A DNA stretch of 64,000 nucleotides from Kondoa subrosea (lineage: Eukaryota): assembly GCA_039545335.1 (NCBI GenBank), contig BCIN01000003.1, forward strand, positions 2,241,060 through 2,305,059, read 5' to 3'. Shown piece after piece: positions 53,761 through 62,815 of the stretch (positions within the stretch are counted from its first letter, which is position 1; every line of letters starts with the position of its first letter). Below the pieces are notes generated by a model. The model made no database searches and had not been told where the DNA came from. It worked only from the letters and a program-made list of their open reading frames with translations. Position numbers and translations under genes: made by a program.

Positions 53761-56700
53761 CGTGTGAGTGCTTCTTCTTGCTACTCTGTTCAGGTCAATA
53801 TAGAATCGTTACGTGAAAGATGTGTGAATTGTCGTGGTGAGGGCTCAAGCGGATTCGACATGGCTACAGCTATTAGTTAGTCTATCAAGCTTTCCCGAGA
53901 GATGTTATGATGTATTGAATGCACTTTGGCAGTGCACCGTCGTTATTGTTATTCACTGGAGTTCCTCTGATTAGAATGGATGACATTTATACACAAGCTA
54001 TCTACCTGGAGTTCCTCTGATTAGAATGGATGAGGAACTCCTACCCGTAATTCCACCTTGTGATCCTGCTTCCGTTTCATATTCCGAATTCCCGAGTCTT
54101 CCCTTATACTCCCTTATACTGAGATGAACGACAAACCTCACACTCCCCCTTCGTGAATCTCAGTCAATCCGCAAGCTCTCCGATGCTTTTCCACTACTCC
54201 TCTTGACAAAGGTTTAGTGAGCATGTCCGCTATCATGTCTCCCGTATTGATGTACGACACTGAAATGATCCCTTTTGATTGATAGTCTCTTATGAAATGA
54301 AAACGATTGTCGATATGCTTGGTCCTTTCATGATGAACAGGATTGTAAGTCAGAGCAATGGCTGGCTTATTGTCGGCTTTGAACGATGATGGACCATTTA
54401 TAGGCAACCCGAGCTCATCCATGAGTTGACGACATGCTTTAGCCTCTGTTGCTGCTTCAGACATAGCAACATATTCAGCTTCTGTTGATGACAAGACATT
54501 TTCCATCTGTTTCTTGCTCTTCCAAGCGATAGCACCACCAGCTAAAACATTGACATATCCACCAGTCGATCGCCTGTCATCGCTGTCTTCGTTGTAATTG
54601 GAGTCTGAATATATAATTGGGGTGAAGTCATCAGTTGCTTTATATGTGATGCCTAAGTTTGCAGTGGTGGAGAGGTATCGATATATGTGCATGACCGCTC
54701 TGTAATGATCCATACTTGGGTCATCGTTGAATTGTGCAGCTAGAGAAGTATTGTAGGCAATGTCGGGACGAGTCCAGCGAAGGTGTTGAAGTTCTCCTGT
54801 GAGACCACGATAATCACCGAGATATGGTTCTTCATCTTCTCTTCGTTTGTGGAGCTTGATATTTGGAGGCAACGGAGTATAGACAGGCCGACAATTCGTT
54901 AGACCTTGATTGGCTACTATCTTCTCAATATAGCGCTGTTGAGATATGGAGCACTGTCCGGGCTGATGTTTGACTTCCATGCCTAGATGTTTTGTCATCT
55001 TCCCATTGTCTGTACATGGAAACCGGTCTTTGATTTCTTTCTTTGCCTGATCGATCATTGCAGGATTGCCAATCACAGCCATATCGTCCGTGTGAATGCC
55101 GATAGCAACAAACTCAGTTTCAGAACGCTTGATAAAAACGCAAGGGTCTGACAGGCATTGATGGAATCCTATTGAGACCAGGAAACCACTGAGCAGCTTA
55201 TTCCACTCTCGACTAGCTTGCTTTAACCCATACAGCGACTTGAGAAGGCGACAGACCAAGTGTTCCGATCCAGCTTGTTCGAAGCCCTTTGGTTGTTTCA
55301 TATATACTTCTTCGTTGAGAGGAGAATGTAGGAAAGCGGTAGTTACATCAAGAGAGTGTATATCTATTCCAAATTGAGCTGACCAAGCAAAGATCAAGCG
55401 CATTGATGCTGCTCTGATGTTAGGTGCGAAAACTTCAGCGAAATCAATTCCTTGCCGCTGAGAGAAACCTTTGGCGACTAAGCGAGCCTTGTAACGGACG
55501 ATATTGCCATCTGCATCTAGCTTAAGCGCATAGACCCAGCGATTGTCGACTACATTCGCTCCTTCTGGTAATTCTTGTAACTCCCAGGTATAATTCAGCA
55601 GCAAGCTCTTCACTTCCTCTTCCATGGCTTTCCTCCATGCGCTTCTATCAGATGATTTGAGAGCATCCCAGTAGTTCTCAGGAACAACTTTTGAGCCAAC
55701 CTCAGCGACCATACATTCGAATGTTCGTTGTAAGTCATCATCTTCTGTTGTATTGAGCTCCTCAGCCAAGTTTATGAATGCAGTTGAACATGCTCCATCA
55801 AGATAAGACGATGATAGATTGATTTGCTGAATATTTTGATTTGGGTATTTTAAGATTAACGGCTTTGTAGCTGGAGAAGGAGGAGGAGGACGAGGTATAC
55901 GAGTTCTAGGAATACGTTGCTTAGGTATCCAAGCTGGCTTGACAGACCGAGTCGGCTGTTGACGAATAACAGGGTTGCTCTTGACTACCGGCTCCCCCTC
56001 AACATCGACAAGGGCAGGCTCCCCCTGAAGCCCAGGATTTGGTACGTCTTCCATAGCAGCGGGAGGTTCCACCATTGAATCAGCTTCAGCTTTTTCATTT
56101 TCCGATTGGATTTCATTCGTTTGCCCCTGCAAATCATTCGGTGCTCGCTCATGCGGCTGAGTTGCTCCTGTGACAGGAGGCATGGACCCACCAGAAGGAC
56201 AATTCTCATCACTGTCTATTTCGCCCATGACATCAACAAACTTATCAGCTTCCTTTGCTGCATCAACGCTTTCGCTTGCATTTTCTTCCACAACATGATC
56301 ACTCTTTGCATCATTTTCTGGTATCCATCGAACGTCTCGATGTACCGTAACAGTGCGTCTTTCTTCGTCATACAACCGATAACCAGGCTGATCTTTTGCA
56401 AAGCCAACGAATCGCATAGCTTTTGATTTAGGCGATAACTTGTCTTTTCTTTCATCGATATGAGGATATGCAACACAACCGAACGGTTTTGTGTTTTCGA
56501 CTGAAATTTTCTTATCTGGGTAGAAACGCTGATCCGGTAAATCGAGATTGATAGCTGCAGAAGGTGTGATGTTTCTCATATCCACAGCCCATTGATAAGC
56601 TTCTAACCACAGGTTTCTGGGCAGATTAGCATCGTCCAATACAGTAATCACATCATTAACGAATGTGCCATTGGATCTTTCCACACCACCAGTTTGTTCA

Positions 56701-57797
56701 GGTGAGCGCACATTTGTTCGAATATGTCGAATTCCTTTCTCTGAGCAGAAATCGCGTAGACGGTGAGATTCAAACTCTCCTCCAGGGTCTGTAAGGAAGT
56801 TTAGGACTTTATAGCTGGTATGCCGTTCGATTAAGGTCACCCAAGCAATGAAAGCTGATGTTGCTTGACTCTTTTCTTGTAGACCTATCGTCCATCGTTT
56901 GGTGGTGCATTGGTCGTAGATATTGAAAACGTATCGATTATGTCCTATCAACGACTGAACTGGAAGAGGGCCTTGAAGATCTCCTTTAACAAGTTGAAGT
57001 GGTATTGTTGCTCTATCGTGGTTTCTTTGGTGCGGATGCGCTTTGGATTTACCTATGACACACGAAACGCAGAAGAAGTTTTCTGGTTTCTTCAGGTCAG
57101 TCGGCAATCCTTGAACGTATTGTCGTTTGCTCATGCTTTCGAGATATTTGGAATTCAGATGGCCTAACTTTCTATGCCATTGTTCGAAACTGGATAGATG
57201 ACACTCTTGACAAGTAGGTTTGGCTTGAAAGGTAAAGAGATTGTTTTGTTTATTCTGATAGATGCGGTAGATAATGCTTGAGCTTTCATTATCGATCAGG
57301 GTGAGAGAGTTGTTGGTAAAGAGTGAGTTGATTCCGTCCAAGCTTGCTTGACCAAGACTGAAGAGATTGGTGGTCAGACCGGGAACCAAATATGCTTTCT
57401 TCAGTATGAGAGGTACGCTTGTTCCTTCTGATTCCAGACATAGATTCACAGTTCCCTGATGCGTTGCATAGATAATGCTTCCGTTACCAATGCGGATTGG
57501 CATGGGTTTCGATAAAGGGATGATAGAAGAGAAGAGAGCAGAATTATTGATAAAGTGCGATGACGCTCCGCAGTCAGCAATGAAGCAATACGAGGTGGAA
57601 GGAGCAGTTATGCTCTGCATTGCAGACATATACAATGATTCTTCACCTTCTTGCCATGCAGCTACGTTTGCTGATTCCTGCTTGAGAGGTTCAGATTCAT
57701 TCTTCTAGAGCATGAGGAGAGCGAAGTAGATGAAGAAGAGTTGGACGTATAAGGTGTAGAGGGTCGACTCAATCCAAAAGTCACAAGAGTCTCATAT

Positions 57798-57947
57798 NNN
57801 NNNNNNNNNNNNNNNNNNNNNNNNNNNNNNNNNNNNNNNNNNNNNNNNNNNNNNNNNNNNNNNNNNNNNNNNNNNNNNNNNNNNNNNNNNNNNNNNNNNN
57901 NNNNNNNNNNNNNNNNNNNNNNNNNNNNNNNNNNNNNNNNNNNNNNN
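57798..57947. other. Assembly gap (150 N) inside the 5' LTR of D
   Basis: The 3' LTR equivalent (62861-62902) is only 42 bp, so the gap is probably over-sized. Confidence 0.85.
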
Positions 57948-58252
57948 TCTTCACTGAACTATATATTGAGAAGGATTGCAGGTAAGTGTACATAATACAG
58001 ACATAACTGAACTATATATTGAGAAGGATTGCAGTTACAGAAGGTTATGAGCCTTGAAGAGCTCGAAGATTGAACACTCCAACAATCTTCACCTGCGCAA
58101 AGAACCTTTATTCTATCCTTCTCCAGTCACCTTCAGTCACTTCACACTCTCATTTCACTGTCAGATCCTCTTTTGCAGATTCTCTTGAGTCAGTAGTTAG
58201 CAGAATCTCAATTCAACTCCTTTAAAATTCCAATCAACTTCAAGTCAGTCGA

Positions 58253-61200
58253 ATGGCAGGAGACGAGTCAAAGGAAGAATCAAAGATCATTGCTACACCC
58301 TCAAACGTTCAAGGGACTCAAACAAGGATGACTTTGCAAACTTATCAACAGCCAAAATTGATCATCTTCTCAGAAGATCAAAAGCTCAAAGATGGCAACT
58401 GGAGGAATTTCAAATCTATGATAGGAGACATCATGGTTCATCAACGCCTATTCAATATCTTGGATGGCTCAGAAACTTTGTCCAACACCCAAGATCCTCA
58501 ATCTTTCAACTACAAGAACTCAGATGCTTTAGCTCAATTACGTCTCAACGTCACTTCTTCCATTCGTCCGCGTATTGAGCNTTGTACTTTGGCATCAGAA
58601 GCATGGTCAATTCTACAAGAACAATTTGACCCCAAAGGAGGAGCAATCCCTTTTCAGCGCCTCTCGTCACTCTTCAATTGTAGACCAGATCAACACAATT
58701 CTCTCAAAGATTTCGTTACTGCTGTTCAAGATGCCAAACGACATTGCGAAGAAGTCGATATTCCCATTCCAGCAGTTATCCACAAGTATCTCTTGATCTT
58801 CAACCTTCCATCATCGTGTGCTATCATCTCCGAGATAATGATCAATACCTTGACCTCTCTATCCGTGGCTGATGTCGAAGCCAAGATCTCAGAGTTTGAG
58901 ATCAGGGAAAGCATGAAAGATGAAAAAGTTGCAATGTTGGCTGCAAGAGGAGGTATTTCAGGTGGTCATGTCAAAGCTCGAATGAAATGCACTGGTTGTG
59001 GACGAAACGGTCATTTGTTGGATGGTGACGGAGAAGGCAGATTTCGATGCTTCAAGAAATACCCCAACGATCGAAAACCTCGAATCAATGAATCTAAGCA
59101 AGATTCTGGTGCTCACAATCCGCAACCTGGCATTCAAGCAAACATTGCCGAGTCTCAAGAGCAAGAGGGACGTTTCAGCTTCTTGTCGCAAAGTCTTAGT
59201 ACTGAAATGAAAGGCAACCTTGCCGAATTTGATCCTTACTTGTGGATAGGCGACTGCGGTGCCTCATTCCATTTCACTCCTGCTATCGAACACTTCATTC
59301 ATCTGCATCCGTTGAGAACTCATATGCCTATCAAAGTTGGTAATGGAAATCGAGTATATGCTACTCATATTGGAACAATAAAAATCAACCTCATGCACAA
59401 GAATCAGCTAAAGTCACTTGAATTCAACAATGCATATTTAGTTCCTGGTCTATCAGCCAATCTCATTAGTCTGGGTCAAGCTAGTGTTCAAGGCATGACT
59501 ACAGTGATTCAAAATGGAACAATGAGCTGGCAAACAGCATCAGGTCAAACAGCACTCGAGATTCCGCTGTCATCATCAAACAGCCTGTTCAGCTTCAAAT
59601 CGATACCAAATAAAACAGCCAAAGAATGCCATATGACAGCCTTTGAGCAATGGCACAATAACCTTGGTCACATCAATGCAAAGTATCTTGAGCAACTAAG
59701 CCGCTCTGGTGTCCATGGCTTACCGACTGATTTGAAAGCCCCAAAAGGTTGGAGCTGCGAGCCATGCATTCTTGGGAAGATTAGAGCAAACCCTCACTAC
59801 TTGAACAACTTTAGAGCCAAACAACCGTTAGAATTGGTTCAAGCGGACCTACAAGGGCCTTATCCTGTTCAATCCATCATCGGCCATTTTCGTTATGTAC
59901 TGAAGATATATGACCAAGCCTCCAGCTTTCGTTTCGCTATTGGTCTACAAAACAAATCAAATGCTACATCGATGATTATAAGATGGCAGAAAGAAATGGA
60001 GAACTTACTTGATCTAAAACTTCAAAACTTTCACTTGAAGACCTTCCTAACTGATCCCGGTGGGGAGTTCAAATCCAATGCTCTGAGGGATCATTTTCAG
60101 GAATGTGGTGTCCGTCACGTATTCACCAATACTGACACGCCTTCGCAACAAGGGGGGGTAGAACGCACTGGTCAAACGTCAGAAAATGATGTGATAACGC
60201 TATTGCAAGATTCTGGCTTACCAAACAACCTGTGGTATGAATGCTATCGATACAGTATCGATACTAGAAACATTACTCCTTCTGCAGCAATCAAAGGTCG
60301 AGTTCCAGCTCAAGTCTTCTTCCCTAACAAACGGTACTCAGTTGCTCATTGTCGGCCATTTGGAGCTAAAGCTTACCCTCATTTTCACGAACACGAACGC
60401 AAGAATCGTTTGTCGCCCAAATCCAAACCAATGCGCTTCGTTGGTTATGGAATAAATCAACCAGGTTATCGGCTTTATGATGAAGAAAGCAAGACCGTCA
60501 AATGTTATAGAGATGTTGTATGGTGGAAAGAAAAGGAAGAAGAGCAAATCGAGGCACCGGAAGAGGAAGAGACTGAATCATTGGTCGAGCTGGATGGTAG
60601 ACCCTTTCCTTCCAGTGGGTGTTTGGATTCTCCTGCACCCGGTACCATTGAGCCGCAATTGCGAGCTACCGATGATCTACAGGACCCACCAGCGAACAGT
60701 GAGATTGCCGATGACACAATTCCGCAAGAAATCCGAAGTGAGGTTGTCAATCCAAACATCGATCAAACAATAAATCAGGGGGAGCCAGTGGATCAGGGGG
60801 AGCCAGCCCTTGCAGGTGATGAGGGGGAGAACAGAGTGGCAGTCGAAGAAGCGCCAGATAGAATGGTAGTCGCAGAAGAAGACAATTCAGCTCTGCCTCA
60901 AACCACCAAACAAAGAAAGACCTATCCTCCGCCTACACGTCATCAACCTGCAAGAGCCAGTAAGATAGCTACATCCTCAATCAAGCCAATTGTCAACTCT
61001 CGCGTCAAAACTCGTAGACTGTCTGAAGCAAAAACACCTTTGATTGTCAAGCCTTTTAGAGATACTAAATTATCCCTTTTCCTTTCCTCAACCATCAAGG
61101 ATGACAGACTATCAACAGCAATCAACCTAGCTGAGATCCTTTCTTCCTCGGAAGATGATGAACTATCAAACCTGTTTGAATGCTTGACCGCTGAAGTTGG

Positions 61201-62815
61201 AACATCAGTACCAGTGCCAGCACATTATTATGAAGCGTTGAGATCTTCCAATCACCCTCAATGGCGAAAAGCGATGGAGACAGAGATCAATTCCCTTCTA
61301 GACAATCACACTTGGGACCTAGAAGAACTGCCAGAAGACGCCAACCTTGTCCAAAACAGATGGGTATTCGCACTCAAACTTGATTCTGACGGCAATATAA
61401 TTCGATATAAAGCAAGACTAGTCGCAAAAGGATTCTCTCAGAGACCTGGAATCGACTACTTTCAACTATTTGCGCCCAATATACGTGCTGCTTCGTTCAG
61501 AACATTAATCGCTATAGCTGCCTTACATGATCTACCCATCCGCAAGATAGACATTACTACCGCTTTCTTGCATTCACCTCTAAAAGAAACGGTCTACATG
61601 CGCCAGCCTGAAGGTTTTATCAAGGAAGGTGAAGAGCACCTGGTCTGTAAACTTCAAAAATCGCTATATGGGTTGAAACAAGCTTCTCGCGAGTGGAACT
61701 TGCTCATTTCAAGTTTTCTTACATCCGTTGGTTTTCACCAGTGCATATCAGATCCATGCGTCTTCATAAGGCGATCAGAAGGTGGATTAGTTATTTTGGG
61801 TGTTCATACTGATGACATCTGCTTGGTTGGGAAACAAGAATCTAGTCAGCAAGCTATCGATGAAATCAATGCTCGTTTCCCTGCAGTCGAGAACACTTCA
61901 CCAAAGCACTTAGGTATGGAAATCGTACAAGATCTCAAGAATGGGACCGTCACTCTTTCTCAGAAGCAATACCTTAAGACAATCGTGCAGAATCGCAATT
62001 TCCCGGATTATAGACCAAAAAGGACTCCTTTACCTGCCAAACTAAAACTTCACAAGCGTTTAGATAGCGAGGAAAAGGGATGTATTGAAGAATATCGATC
62101 CATGGTTGGCGAATTGCAGCATGCTGCTCGTTGGTCAAAACCTGAAATAGCTTTTGCTGCATCGCTTCTCGGACAATTCTCAGCAGATCCTAGTATTCAT
62201 CATATGAAGGCTGCTGAACATGTCTTCCGCTATCTCTCCGGCAGTCTGAACAGTGGTTTAGTTTACAAAAGAGACGGGAATTCAGTTCCATGCATTTACA
62301 CCGATGCTAGTTTCTGTGAAGATCAAGACTTGCGAAAGTCCACTTCCGGCTATTTCAACATTCTTGCTGGAGCTGCAGTAGCGTGGAAATCGCACAAACA
62401 GATTGACAATGTAACATCAACAACTCAGGCGGAATTGATTGGCATGTCAGAAGGCGCAACTGAAGCAAAGGCCTGTACCATGCTGATGAACGAATTGGGA
62501 ATGGGCTGGAACGGTCCAATGCCTTTCAAGGGTGATAATCAGCCGTCAATCGACCTCATATTCAACCCAATTCACCATGAGAGAACCAAACATGTCGATA
62601 TTCGCTACTATTACACGCGAGATCTGCAATCTCAAGGTGTCATTGATGTTACGCATACACCAACCAACGATATGATTGCGGATATGTTGACAAAACCTTT
62701 GGGCAAGCAACTTTTGAGGAAGCATGCTGCAGGATGTGGACTTGTTGGCTTAGTCGAAGGGGGAGTTCTAGAGCATGAGGAGAGCGAAGTAGATGAAGAA
62801 GAGTTGGACGTATAA
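58253..62815 (+). CDS. Gag-Pol polyprotein of element D (1520 aa)
   Basis: Single ORF: PR DCGASFH, GAG-pre-IN WHNNLGH..CEPC, IN ADLQG/TDPGGEF/GVER, RT YKARLVAKG/SLYGLKQ/HTDD, RH YTDAS..RTKHVD. Confidence 0.96.
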   Translation: MAGDESKEESKIIATPSNVQGTQTRMTLQTYQQPKLIIFSEDQKLKDGNWRNFKSMIGDIMVHQRLFNILDGSETLSNTQDPQSFNYKNSDALAQLRLNVTSSIRPRIEXCTLASEAWSILQEQFDPKGGAIPFQRLSSLFNCRPDQHNSLKDFVTAVQDAKRHCEEVDIPIPAVIHKYLLIFNLPSSCAIISEIMINTLTSLSVADVEAKISEFEIRESMKDEKVAMLAARGGISGGHVKARMKCTGCGRNGHLLDGDGEGRFRCFKKYPNDRKPRINESKQDSGAHNPQPGIQANIAESQEQEGRFSFLSQSLSTEMKGNLAEFDPYLWIGDCGASFHFTPAIEHFIHLHPLRTHMPIKVGNGNRVYATHIGTIKINLMHKNQLKSLEFNNAYLVPGLSANLISLGQASVQGMTTVIQNGTMSWQTASGQTALEIPLSSSNSLFSFKSIPNKTAKECHMTAFEQWHNNLGHINAKYLEQLSRSGVHGLPTDLKAPKGWSCEPCILGKIRANPHYLNNFRAKQPLELVQADLQGPYPVQSIIGHFRYVLKIYDQASSFRFAIGLQNKSNATSMIIRWQKEMENLLDLKLQNFHLKTFLTDPGGEFKSNALRDHFQECGVRHVFTNTDTPSQQGGVERTGQTSENDVITLLQDSGLPNNLWYECYRYSIDTRNITPSAAIKGRVPAQVFFPNKRYSVAHCRPFGAKAYPHFHEHERKNRLSPKSKPMRFVGYGINQPGYRLYDEESKTVKCYRDVVWWKEKEEEQIEAPEEEETESLVELDGRPFPSSGCLDSPAPGTIEPQLRATDDLQDPPANSEIADDTIPQEIRSEVVNPNIDQTINQGEPVDQGEPALAGDEGENRVAVEEAPDRMVVAEEDNSALPQTTKQRKTYPPPTRHQPARASKIATSSIKPIVNSRVKTRRLSEAKTPLIVKPFRDTKLSLFLSSTIKDDRLSTAINLAEILSSSEDDELSNLFECLTAEVGTSVPVPAHYYEALRSSNHPQWRKAMETEINSLLDNHTWDLEELPEDANLVQNRWVFALKLDSDGNIIRYKARLVAKGFSQRPGIDYFQLFAPNIRAASFRTLIAIAALHDLPIRKIDITTAFLHSPLKETVYMRQPEGFIKEGEEHLVCKLQKSLYGLKQASREWNLLISSFLTSVGFHQCISDPCVFIRRSEGGLVILGVHTDDICLVGKQESSQQAIDEINARFPAVENTSPKHLGMEIVQDLKNGTVTLSQKQYLKTIVQNRNFPDYRPKRTPLPAKLKLHKRLDSEEKGCIEEYRSMVGELQHAARWSKPEIAFAASLLGQFSADPSIHHMKAAEHVFRYLSGSLNSGLVYKRDGNSVPCIYTDASFCEDQDLRKSTSGYFNILAGAAVAWKSHKQIDNVTSTTQAELIGMSEGATEAKACTMLMNELGMGWNGPMPFKGDNQPSIDLIFNPIHHERTKHVDIRYYYTRDLQSQGVIDVTHTPTNDMIADMLTKPLGKQLLRKHAAGCGLVGLVEGGVLEHEESEVDEEELDV

